DNA of 32,000 nucleotides from Pyrolobus fumarii 1A (GCF_000223395.1 NC_015931.1:120001-152000); one strand, 5' to 3'; positions 23,034 to 30,947 are shown, counted from the first letter of the stretch. Notes: generated by a model from the letters alone, not told the origin. Program-made: numbers and translations.

Positions 23034-23593
23034 GGCGACCTGGAAAGACCACGAATCAGGTCAATCTTTGTGACAATACCAATGGGCCTATTTTCGTCAT
23101 CAACTACAAGCACCGCCGGATACCTCTCTAGCAAAGGCAGCACACGCATCACGGGTTCGTCCGGCTTTACCGTAGGCAGAGGTTCAACCATTACACGCTC
23201 GATGGGTTCATCAAGAACTTGTGATCCTCTCTCAATAATAGCGCGTAACACACTAGATTCAATCACTGTGCCAACAACACGCCCTTTTTCATCTACCACG
23301 GGAACTTGCGAGAACCCGTACCTATCCATAACCACAACTGCCTTCCTAACAGGCTCGTCCACTCTAACCGTTATGACAGGTTTTGACGCATATGCCTCCA
23401 CACGATCAAGCCGGCGAAGCACAGCCTCGAGAGCATCAAGTATCTTTTTAAGTGTCTCAACACGCGGGTTGACTTTCCCGGCCTCTATCTTAGCGATCAG
23501 TGATTGGCTGACACCAGCCAATCTTGCAAGCTCACGCTGTGAGAGACCTGCAGCGAGGCGAAGCCGTCGTATCTCCTCGCCGATCTTGTTCAC
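22997..23593 (-). CDS. transcriptional regulator, XRE-type HTH fused to a CBS-domain pair (COG3620-like)
   Basis: IGEEIRRLRLAAGLSQRELARLAGVSQSLIAKIEAGKVNP followed by two CBS repeats. I place the start at the GTG at 23593 (VNKIGEE...). The track start at 23635 adds 14 residues encoded by repeat copy b. Confidence 0.85.
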   Translation of the reverse strand: MNKIGEEIRRLRLAAGLSQRELARLAGVSQSLIAKIEAGKVNPRVETLKKILDALEAVLRRLDRVEAYASKPVITVRVDEPVRKAVVVMDRYGFSQVPVVDEKGRVVGTVIESSVLRAIIERGSQVLDEPIERVMVEPLPTVKPDEPVMRVLPLLERYPAVLVVDDENRPIGIVTKIDLIRGLSRSPIGGLQWNQRGG

Positions 23594-23598
23594 ACAGG

Positions 23599-23637
23599 CA
23601 CCCCCCGTCTTCCACTGGAGAAGACAATTGCCCACGC
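23599..23637 (-). repeat. repeat copy b (5'-end type, with a 9-10 nt insertion)
   Basis: Reverse complement GCGTGGGCAATTGTCTTCTCCAGTGGAAGACGGGGGGTG. It contains the hairpin GUCUUC-UCCAGUG-GAAGAC and lies immediately upstream of the regulator start. Confidence 0.6.
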
Positions 23638-23690
23638 CTTGTTACCTAATTCTATCCTTGCTTGACTGTTGAGTCAAAAAGAATGTATTG

Positions 23691-23714
23691 TTATACAAAA
23701 CGAGTTTTGTATAA
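23691..23714. promoter_or_regulatory. perfect 11+2+11 palindrome with two embedded TATA-like boxes (candidate bidirectional promoter/operator)
   Basis: TTATACAAAAC-GA-GTTTTGTATAA. It sits at the centre of symmetry between repeat copies b and c. A second small inverted repeat, TTGACT-GTTG-AGTCAA, lies at 23662-23677. Confidence 0.5.
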
Positions 23715-23777
23715 AGTGGGTAAGAGAATCTTGCAAGGTTTGATGTCAACTTGCTACTTGGTTTAGGTTGGGAGGTA

Positions 23778-23814
23778 GCGTGTCTCCAGTGGAACCCGAG
23801 GGGTGAGGATCCCA
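23778..23814 (+). repeat. repeat copy c (5'-end type, mirror of copy b)
   Basis: GCGTGTCTCCAGTGGAACCCGAGGGGTGAGGATCCCA. Weak similarity to the b side continues on both flanks (GCAAGG, TTAGGT, CCTGTG, GATAC.CGAC.GC). Confidence 0.6.
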
Positions 23815-23866
23815 TCCTGTGCGTCTGGCGTTGATACTCGACAGCTGTGCACCCCAAGTGCAATGT

Positions 23867-23925
23867 TATCGAATGCGGTGGGCTCCAGTGGAACCAGAGG
23901 GGTAGTTAACCAACTAGTCAAAACA
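23867..23925 (+). repeat. repeat copy d (3'-end type, inverted relative to copy a); core 23877-23912
   Basis: TATCGAATGCGGTGGGCTCCAGTGGAACCAGAGGGGTAGTTAACCAACTAGTCAAAACA. In frame it would encode ...GGLQWNQRGS-stop, against ...GGLQWNQRGG-stop at the true regulator 3' end. Confidence 0.8.
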
Positions 23926-23935
23926 GCAGGGTACG

Positions 23936-23949
23936 AAAAGTATAATTAT
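23936..23949 (+). promoter_or_regulatory. TATA-like box upstream of tRNA-Asp
   Basis: AAAAGTATAATTAT lies about 30-40 nt upstream of the mature tRNA 5' end. Confidence 0.4.
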
Positions 23950-23977
23950 CCCCCGGGTGAGGCGGGAGGTACATGGT

Positions 23978-24055
23978 GCCGCGGTAGTATAGCCCGGACC
24001 AGTATGCGGGCCTGTCAAGCCCGTGACCCGGGTTCAAATCCCGGCCGCGGCGCCA
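23978..24055 (+). tRNA. tRNA-Asp (anticodon GUC), CCA encoded
   Basis: GCCGCGG-UA-GUAU-AGCCCGGACCA-GUAU-G-CGGGC-CU GUC AA-GCCCG-UGAC-CCGGG-UUCAAAU-CCCGG-CCGCGGC-G-CCA. Confidence 0.9.
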
Positions 24056-24198
24056 CTCTTCTCCCCTCCCGTCTGTTACAACATGATACTCTAGCTTATC
24101 GTTCTGAGGATGGCATTGGGAAACTAGAAGCGTATAGCGCATGGAGCCCGTTTACGTTGGGTTAAAGAGGTCTTAGTGTTAGCTGTGCTCATACAAGT

Positions 24199-25416
24199 CT
24201 AAGGTGGGTGTTTCCCGCTCATTGATTGTCTAGTGGGACTTTTGAGTATAGTTGGCAATGGTCTTGTGGGCTTTACTATGAGTAGTGTAGATACAAGTGC
24301 CACTAGGAATAGAACGAGTGAGATATCGCGGTTTAGGATCCATGTTACTGCGGAGGCTAATAGTGATGCGAATGGTGCTTGGTTATAGCGTCTTGCTGTT
24401 CTCGTCCCTAGTATGACGGGTAGCATCAGGGGTGCGTGTATGACTATGAACGTTGATACAACGCCTATGAGTAGGAAGTGTATAAGATATAGTTGTGGCG
24501 CAATGCCTATTCCATAGCTAATCAGCAGTATTGTGGCTAGCACTATCGATGTTAAAGCGTAGAGGTGGCCAATGAGGAAGTATCTGTGTGCTCTTCCAGC
24601 GGCTCTGTTTGCAGGGAGCTTCCTGAGTATTGATGGTATACGCGTGAAGCCTGATGAAAAAGTGAATATGAGAAGGCTTGCGCTTGCGGCTAGTGCACCG
24701 TAGAGTGGTAGCAGTGGTAGGAGTAGTGAAGATAGGGAAGCGAGGGGGAAGGCAGCATAGATTATTCTCGATGGTCTGATATTGTATGTTGATGGTAGTG
24801 CATGTAATGTTACTGCATAGATGACTTGCATCGGAAATGCCATGATATAACCTAGGAGCGTGGGATGGAGACTCAGTTGTAATGATGTTGTTGCTATCAT
24901 AAGATATGCTGACGTGAATAGGAATGTGTAGCCTAAGGCTAACAGCGATGCTCGTACCGTAGTGCCACTCTTTGCCATCATGCTAGTGCCAAGTGTACCA
25001 AGGCCTAGGGCGGCAAACCCCACTGCGAGAGTGGCAAGACCATAGACGGGACTATGTAACCATATCAATGCTGCTACATAGAGTAGTGTTGCTCCAAAAA
25101 CTAGGAGAACAGGGTATAGAGGTTTACGTGGTCTTATCGAGATAATGTAGGCTATAGCTACGCCGGACACAAAGACAGTCATTGCACCAAAGCTAGTCAA
25201 AACTGGGTGTAGTAGGGCGGTATAGCCACTCATTGCGAGCACGATGCCAATAGAAAGATACACTATAGACAAGTAGATTCCAATCTTTGACATCATCCTT
25301 GCCGTGCTCAACGAAGCGGCGAGCAAGGGTAAGTTACCCACCTGTTCGAGAACACGTAAAGACAGAGAGTCAATAACACCTCTACGAACTCTACCGGAAG
25401 AGTAGCAGGTAATCAA
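24199..25416 (-). CDS. polytopic membrane protein (about 11-12 TM segments), function unknown
   Basis: 405 aa, almost entirely hydrophobic helices with short loops. No family recognised. Confidence 0.55.
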   Translation of the reverse strand: MITCYSSGRVRRGVIDSLSLRVLEQVGNLPLLAASLSTARMMSKIGIYLSIVYLSIGIVLAMSGYTALLHPVLTSFGAMTVFVSGVAIAYIISIRPRKPLYPVLLVFGATLLYVAALIWLHSPVYGLATLAVGFAALGLGTLGTSMMAKSGTTVRASLLALGYTFLFTSAYLMIATTSLQLSLHPTLLGYIMAFPMQVIYAVTLHALPSTYNIRPSRIIYAAFPLASLSSLLLPLLPLYGALAASASLLIFTFSSGFTRIPSILRKLPANRAAGRAHRYFLIGHLYALTSIVLATILLISYGIGIAPQLYLIHFLLIGVVSTFIVIHAPLMLPVILGTRTARRYNQAPFASLLASAVTWILNRDISLVLFLVALVSTLLIVKPTRPLPTILKSPTRQSMSGKHPP

Positions 25417-25614
25417 ACAGGTATGATAATTAATGATGTGAACAAGTGTTAGTAGATTATTGATGAGTTCTATGGATGTCTAATACTAGAATAGGCTCTT
25501 TTGACGATGCTTTGCTGCTAGTTCCGAGTTAATACACTCAACTTAGTGTTTGCTTCATAACGTGGCGTGCATCTTTATTCACTGGGCGTATCTTGTTATA
25601 CCTGTCTGGGTTCC

Positions 25615-26238
25615 TTGGTGCGCGTGGCTCTTCTCTCGGGTGGCAAGGATTCCTTGTTTGCCGCGTTGAAAGCATGGCCTATTGACTATGGTATTGTGCT
25701 GCTCTATGAGTTTCCTCGTCCTAATCCCCACCTCTTTAACCTTGGAAAGACATTAGAGACACTCGCCCTCGTGGGCGTACCTATCATTGTAGCCCGGTTG
25801 CACAGAGGGCGTGAGCAAGAGGAAACTGTAAAACTACTTCAACATCTTGGTGTTGATGAGATTGTAGCTGGCGATGTTTATATAGAAGATCACCTTCGTT
25901 ACATGGAGTCTGTTGCTAGGGAAGCTGGTGCTAGTCTCCGTGAACCCCTATGGGGCATGGACCCAGTGGAGGTGCTATACAAGGAGGCCGAGGCTGGTAT
26001 AGAGGCGGTCTTTATAGGCGCTAACGAGAGAATGCGAAAATGGCTTGGTAGGGTATTTTCACGTGAGACTGTTGAGGAACTTGCAGACTATACCAGGAAG
26101 GTTGGTGTCGACCCACTAGGTGAACATGGAGAGTATCATACCCTAGTGATTAACAGTCCGGTGCACGAAGCTAGGCTCGCCTACAATATAGGCGAAACAC
26201 GTGTCTCACAAGGCTACTACATCCTGAGAATTGTGTAG
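25615..26238 (+). CDS. PP-loop ATPase of the DUF71/COG2102 family (diphthine-ammonia ligase Dph6-like)
   Basis: VALLSGGKDS near the N-terminus, GDVYIEDH..Y.E, LWG, GEYHT. The start is probably TTG/GTG at 25615-25624 rather than the track start at 25567. Confidence 0.8.
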   Translation: MVRVALLSGGKDSLFAALKAWPIDYGIVLLYEFPRPNPHLFNLGKTLETLALVGVPIIVARLHRGREQEETVKLLQHLGVDEIVAGDVYIEDHLRYMESVAREAGASLREPLWGMDPVEVLYKEAEAGIEAVFIGANERMRKWLGRVFSRETVEELADYTRKVGVDPLGEHGEYHTLVINSPVHEARLAYNIGETRVSQGYYILRIV

Positions 26239-26486
26239 CTCGTGGCTCAAATGTTTTCTCAATAATCGTTGGGATGGTGATAAAGTAAGGGTGGCATGGT
26301 TGTGCGGATAGGTGGTGCCATTATAGTGTTGTAGAGTGCAAACGTGTTATGGCAAGATGTGTTGTGTGCAAGCGCTTCAATCTTCAGTGTATCTCACGGG
26401 TGATGGAAGCGATAATAATTTGCACGTAGAGGCTCTATTTACGTTTTTAAGGGGTTAACCCGTGGTGATGGTGTTGGGGTGCGAGC

Positions 26487-26894
26487 ATGAGCTACACGTA
26501 TGCGACTGTTGGCGACCTAAAGGTAGGCAGCTACGTTATTATTGATGGTGAGCCGTGCAGGATAGTCGAGATTAGCAAGGCGAAGACTGGTAAGCACGGC
26601 AGTGCTAAGGCGCACATAGTTGCTATTGGGTTGTTCACGGGTAGCAAGAAGACCCTGATAGCTCCTGTTGACCAGCGTGTAGAGGTGCCGATTATCGAAA
26701 AGAGGGTTGGCCAGGTGCTCGCGGTAACTGGGGACACAGTCCAGATTATGGATCTAGAGACGTTTGACACGTTTGAGGCAGAGAAGCCTAAGGATCCAAA
26801 GCTAGCGGAGCAGCTCCAGCCCGGCGCGGAGATCGAGTACTGGAATGTCATGGGTAAGAGACTAATCGTGCGTGTACGTCCGCCACGCGGCTAA
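26487..26894 (+). CDS. eif5a: translation initiation factor 5A (aIF5A)
   Basis: 135 aa. [40 protein letters not shown] carries the hypusination-site lysine context TGKHGSAK. Confidence 0.95.
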
Positions 26895-26944
26895 GGCCCA
26901 TTTTTACACCAGAGGAGTATCTCAAGTATTACAGGGGGCAGGTT

Positions 26945-28282
26945 TTGCCGGGACTTGATGCTATCCGTGACGCCGTTAGGAAGTTTCTAAGACTTAGTGG
27001 TCCCTACGAGCGTGCTGTTGAAGAGTTTATACGTGATCTACAGCGTGCCCTCCTATCAGCTGATGTTAACGTTAGGCTCGTGTTCGACCTCACTCGGCGT
27101 ATACGTGAGCGGGCATTAAAGGAGAAACCGCCGCCTGGAGCAAGTCGCCGCGACTGGTTCCTCAAGATAGTGTATGAGGAGCTTGTAAAACTGTTCGGTG
27201 GCGACCGGGAACCCGAGGTTAAACCACCTTATACACCCTATGTCATCATGCTTGTTGGTGTACAGGGTAGCGGTAAGACAACTACGGCTGCAAAGCTAGC
27301 TCTGTTCTACAAGAGAATGGGGTATAAAGTTGGCCTCGTGGCAGCTGATGTGTATAGGCCTGGTGCTTATGATCAGTTAAGACAGCTTGCTGAACGTATT
27401 GGTGTCATGTTCTATGGTGAACCTGGTTCGCGTGACGCAGTTGGTATTGCAACTCGCGGTGTCAAAGAGTTGAAAGAACGCGGTGCAAACATAGTGATAG
27501 TCGATACTGCAGGTCGTCACGGCTATGGTAGCGAGGTTGCTCTTCTCGAGGAGATGAAGAGGATGTCCGAGGCGATAAAACCTGACGAGGTTATGCTTGT
27601 AATAGATGCGGCTATGGGACAAAAGAGCTTCGATCTAGCGAAGAGGTTCCATGAGGCTACGCCAATCGGTAGTATAATCGTTACAAAGATGGATGGTACA
27701 GCCAAGGGCGGCGGAGCACTATCTGCCGTTGCTGCCACGGGTGCCATAATAAAGTTCATAGGTACTGGTGAGGATGTAGAGGAGTTCGAGGTATTCAATC
27801 CTAGAAGGTTTGTGTCGCGACTCCTTGGAATGGGTGATATTGAGGGTATACTGGAGAGGATTAAGCGGCTAGAAGCTGCTGAGGAGTTCGAGAAGACTGT
27901 TGAAGAGATGCTTGAGGGGAAGTTGAACTTCCGAATACTCTATAGACAGTTGCGTCAACTTACCCGCATGGGCCCCCTGAGAAAAGTGTTACAGATGCTA
28001 CCTGGTGTTGGCCTAGCAGTTACTGATGAGATTGCAAAGCTTGGTGAAGAGAAAATACGAAAGTGGCTTGCAATAATGGATTCAATGACTTACGAGGAGC
28101 TAGACCATCCAGAGATTATCGACAAGAGTAGGATGAGACGGATAGCTCGTGGTGCTGGCGTGGAGCTAGATGATGTTAAGGAGCTTGTGAACTATTATCG
28201 TAATCTTCAGCGTATGCTACGCAGACTTAAGAAGCAGAAGGGTGCCCTCGAAAGGCTACTCAGGAACATTGGTGGAGTGTAG
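26945..28282 (+). CDS. srp54: signal recognition particle 54-kDa protein (SRP54)
   Basis: N domain, G domain (GVQGSGKTTT, DTAGR, TKMDG.AKGG) and the Met-rich M domain. TTG start. Confidence 0.95.
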   Translation: MPGLDAIRDAVRKFLRLSGPYERAVEEFIRDLQRALLSADVNVRLVFDLTRRIRERALKEKPPPGASRRDWFLKIVYEELVKLFGGDREPEVKPPYTPYVIMLVGVQGSGKTTTAAKLALFYKRMGYKVGLVAADVYRPGAYDQLRQLAERIGVMFYGEPGSRDAVGIATRGVKELKERGANIVIVDTAGRHGYGSEVALLEEMKRMSEAIKPDEVMLVIDAAMGQKSFDLAKRFHEATPIGSIIVTKMDGTAKGGGALSAVAATGAIIKFIGTGEDVEEFEVFNPRRFVSRLLGMGDIEGILERIKRLEAAEEFEKTVEEMLEGKLNFRILYRQLRQLTRMGPLRKVLQMLPGVGLAVTDEIAKLGEEKIRKWLAIMDSMTYEELDHPEIIDKSRMRRIARGAGVELDDVKELVNYYRNLQRMLRRLKKQKGALERLLRNIGGV

Positions 28283-28299
28283 GCTGGGGAGCGTGTTGT

Positions 28300-28827
28300 A
28301 TGCGTATAGTATATGCGTCTTTTCGTGAAGAACCTCCTCTGATTGATGTTGGCCTCGTCATAGGATATTCACTTCTAACTTCCTATGGTATACGTCGAGA
28401 TACGCGAGTTATAACTGATCTAGTGTATCGTGGAGTTAGTGTTAGGCTTGTTGTCGATGGCAGAAGGGTGCGTCATCTTCGTATGGATGCTGATAGTTTG
28501 TCAGGATTCGTGCGGAGAGCGTTGCAAGGCAAGTTGCGTGGCGTCACCGTCACCAGGCCTTCAATTGTTAATGCTGATGTGTGCCTATACCTAGAGGATG
28601 GGCAACTACACATACAAGACGCGGATGTGATATTGCCGCCAGCTCTACGCGATGCGAATATAGTGATTTTTCCGGGGATCGATGACTCGTCACTCTCCTG
28701 CAGACACATTGTGAATGTAGAACTGGTAGGCAACATTGTGATATGGTTGCGTGCTGGTATAGTCCAGACGATGATGGATAGGTGGTTGTATGGAAGGGAT
28801 GGAGGAGCGCGTGGCACACGTAGCTAG
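28300..28827 (+). CDS. SPOUT-like protein, tentatively tRNA (pseudouridine54-N1)-methyltransferase TrmY family (DUF358)
   Basis: The pattern ...IDVGLVIGYSLLTSYGIRRDTRV......V.LVVDG..VRHLRMDADSLSGFVRRAL resembles my memory of M. jannaschii TrmY ([25 protein letters not shown]...SPDERNIAIFIKKAL). The gene overlaps the start of pus10, which makes the substrate. The sequence is divergent and the assignment is unverified. Confidence 0.45.
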   Translation: MRIVYASFREEPPLIDVGLVIGYSLLTSYGIRRDTRVITDLVYRGVSVRLVVDGRRVRHLRMDADSLSGFVRRALQGKLRGVTVTRPSIVNADVCLYLEDGQLHIQDADVILPPALRDANIVIFPGIDDSSLSCRHIVNVELVGNIVIWLRAGIVQTMMDRWLYGRDGGARGTRS

Positions 28828-30226
28828 CGATATCATAGTGAAGAGTCTGCAGGTACTCCTAGAGTACCCGCTTTGCGACCGTTGTCTTGGTAGGATGTTC
28901 GCATTGCTAGGTAAGGGATGGAGCAACAAGCAGCGAGGAGAGGCAATCAAGATGATAATAATCATGGTGTTACATCGTCTTGCAAGGGAGGGTGATGAGG
29001 AAGCATCTAAGCTCCTAGAGAGGCTTTCAGCATCGCTATACAACACTGCTCCAAGGCTTTACGAGGAGCTTGGCGTGGAGCGCACCGAGATTGTATGCCC
29101 TCTGTGTGGTGGAGTGTTTGACAAGGTGGTTAACGAGGTTGTTGAGCGTGCAGCAAGGCTCCTGCGTGAAGTTGAGGCAGAGTCGTTTGTCGTCGGTGCT
29201 AGGCTTGCAGAAGAGGTAAGGGGTGTCGAAGATAGCATAGTTGCTAACTACGGGCTTGTGCATGCAGAGTCTATCGCTGCTGAATTAAAACGCGAGGTTG
29301 GTAAGAGGCTACGCGACCTAGGATTTAGCGTGGATTTCTCGAATCCGGATGTGACTCTACTCGTCGAATATCCCAGCGGCCGCATAGAAGCAACCATAAA
29401 CCCTATACTGATCCTAGGCTTCTACAAGAAGACTGCAAGGAGAGTGTCACAATCCTCTTGGATAACGTCGTTCGGTGTGAAGAGGTATCCATTTTCGGTG
29501 CAAGATGCGTACACACCTCTCCTAGAGCTCTATAAGGGTTCCGAGATAGTGATACACGCTGCTGGACGCGAAGATGTTGATGTCAGAATGTTGGGCTCTG
29601 GTAGGCCCATAGTTGTTGAGGTTAAGGAGCCTAGAAGGCGGAGAGTGAAAATTGAGGACGCGGAGAGAAGTGTTAACGATGAGTGGGTTGGACTCTTCAA
29701 GACCGTGCTTATTGAGCGTGTGACTAGATCGTTTATGAGAAGTGTAGTCAAAGGTGTTGAAGGCGAGGAGAGACACGCTAAGATATATCGCGCTCTAGTT
29801 TATGTTCCAGATGGCGTGTCGCACGAGGATATTGAGAAGCTTGTCGAGTTCTTCAAGGGAAGGCTTGTAAGGCAACGTACACCTCGAAGAGTTAGACACC
29901 GTAGAGCTGACATTATACGCGAGCGTAAAGTTTACGAGGTAAGTGCTTACAAGATCTCCGACAATCTGTTCATAGCCTTTATCAGAGCTGAAGGAGGCCT
30001 GTACATTAAGGAGCTTGTGAGCGGCGAGGATACTTGGCCCGGCTTTCCCGATGCACTGGGTAAGCAAGCCCATTGTGTAGAGCTTGATGTGGTTAAGGTC
30101 GAGACGAAACTAAGGGTTAAAGAAGGCCTTGTTTCGGGTGCGGCTCGGGGAGGTGTGAGTAATGGTAAAGCCACCCAAGGGCTTTCGCCATCGCACAAGG
30201 AAGCTTCTACGCAAACACATCCGTGA
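28790..30226 (+). CDS. pus10: tRNA pseudouridine54/55 synthase Pus10
   Basis: N-terminal Zn motifs CDRCLGR and CPLCGG, a THUMP-like region, catalytic-domain segments GREDVDVRMLG.GRP, RTPRRV.HRRAD..R.R.V, GLYIKELVSGED. The 3' end overlaps rpl21e. Confidence 0.85.
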   Translation: MEGMEERVAHVASDIIVKSLQVLLEYPLCDRCLGRMFALLGKGWSNKQRGEAIKMIIIMVLHRLAREGDEEASKLLERLSASLYNTAPRLYEELGVERTEIVCPLCGGVFDKVVNEVVERAARLLREVEAESFVVGARLAEEVRGVEDSIVANYGLVHAESIAAELKREVGKRLRDLGFSVDFSNPDVTLLVEYPSGRIEATINPILILGFYKKTARRVSQSSWITSFGVKRYPFSVQDAYTPLLELYKGSEIVIHAAGREDVDVRMLGSGRPIVVEVKEPRRRRVKIEDAERSVNDEWVGLFKTVLIERVTRSFMRSVVKGVEGEERHAKIYRALVYVPDGVSHEDIEKLVEFFKGRLVRQRTPRRVRHRRADIIRERKVYEVSAYKISDNLFIAFIRAEGGLYIKELVSGEDTWPGFPDALGKQAHCVELDVVKVETKLRVKEGLVSGAARGGVSNGKATQGLSPSHKEASTQTHP

Positions 30227-30503
30227 GAAGGGTGCAGTACCCCCACTAAGCCTCTTAATGCATGAGTACAAGCCTGGCGATAAAGTCTACATAATAATCA
30301 ACCCGTCGGTAATGAAGGGTATGCCTCACCGCCGCTATCACGGTAAAACAGGCACTGTTGTCGGGAAGCGCGGTAAGTGCTATATCGTAGAAGTACGTGT
30401 TGGTGGTAAGGTAAAACAGTTGATAGTGAGACCGGAGCATCTACGTCCCGTCCCGTCAGAGGCTCTCTCTGGGGGCAAGAAGAGTGAGGGCGAGAAAGCT
30501 TGA
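30162..30503 (+). CDS. rpl21e: 50S ribosomal protein L21e
   Basis: MVKPPKGFRHRTRKLL...GDKV.I..NPSV.KGMPH.RYHGKTG.V. Confidence 0.95.
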   Translation: MVKPPKGFRHRTRKLLRKHIREKGAVPPLSLLMHEYKPGDKVYIIINPSVMKGMPHRRYHGKTGTVVGKRGKCYIVEVRVGGKVKQLIVRPEHLRPVPSEALSGGKKSEGEKA

Positions 30504-30853
30504 AGATTAAGGATATCCGTTATGTGCCGATACCATATGCCTACAAGCTGTTAGCTGAGGCGTTACCGCGTGGAGAGGAGCAACCATACAGCGAAATAGT
30601 ATATCGAACCCTGAACTATCTACGTATGTTCTCTAAGTGTACGTCGGATAATGCTGTGAAGGCTGTTGAGAGGCTAAAGACTGAATTCGGGTTGAACGAG
30701 TATACATGTGTGCTGATAGTCAACATAAGGCCGCGCACAGTATACGAGTTAAAGGCTATACTTGCGGCTGCAAAGACTGGTTTGACGCTCACCGACGAGG
30801 ATCTAAAGAAGATAATTGAGGTACTAGACGAGGTTTGTGGGCAGCAACAATAA
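30500..30853 (+). CDS. rpoF: DNA-directed RNA polymerase subunit F (Rpo4)
   Basis: 117 aa. The position after rpl21e and before DUF655-ksgA is the conserved archaeal order, and the helical HRDC-like C-terminal half fits (LIVNIRPRTVYELKAIL). The TTG start overlaps the rpl21e stop. Confidence 0.8.
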   Translation: MKIKDIRYVPIPYAYKLLAEALPRGEEQPYSEIVYRTLNYLRMFSKCTSDNAVKAVERLKTEFGLNEYTCVLIVNIRPRTVYELKAILAAAKTGLTLTDEDLKKIIEVLDEVCGQQQ

Positions 30854-30947
30854 GGAATATGTGGTTTTATCCGTGGTCGGTGATTCTGCGAAAGACTTAG
30901 TGTTTTAACTTCCTTAAAGATTGTATTGTATCACGAGGTAAATAGAC

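Noticed and set aside
23070-23672. 200-aa ORF antisense to the HTH-CBS regulator, and similar long antisense ORFs (for example 13734-14174, 14522-14953, 15914-16270, 21293-21733, 28473-29046)
   Set aside because: These are Ser/Thr/Arg-rich low-complexity translations opposite genes with clear family signatures, which is typical shadow-ORF behaviour.
23778-23912. CRISPR array formed by the two direct repeat copies c and d
   Set aside because: Only two direct copies exist. They are not identical, they are spaced about 97 nt apart, no cas genes are present, and further copies are in the opposite orientation.
22981-23925. IS element or MITE with ~50-nt terminal inverted repeats (copies a and d)
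   Set aside because: No transposase is present. The cargo is a widely conserved housekeeping-type HTH-CBS regulator. The left repeat overlaps the coding ends of two genes. I see no target-site duplication flanking the ends (...ATGTCA|TGTTTT versus AAAACA|GCAGGG).
24070-24115. C/D box sRNA downstream of tRNA-Asp (AUGAUAC ... CUGA)
   Set aside because: The C box is non-canonical, the spacer is 14 nt, and there is no convincing C'/D pair.
23803-24165. Track ORFs 23803-24165(+), 23918-24142(-) and 23642-23863(-)
   Set aside because: They span tRNA-Asp or the repeat/promoter region, have no recognisable domains, and are interrupted by better-supported features.
25425-25480. C/D-like UGAUGA motifs in the A+T-rich spacer 25417-25566
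   Set aside because: No CUGA D box lies at a compatible distance on either strand. The region looks like an ordinary divergent promoter.
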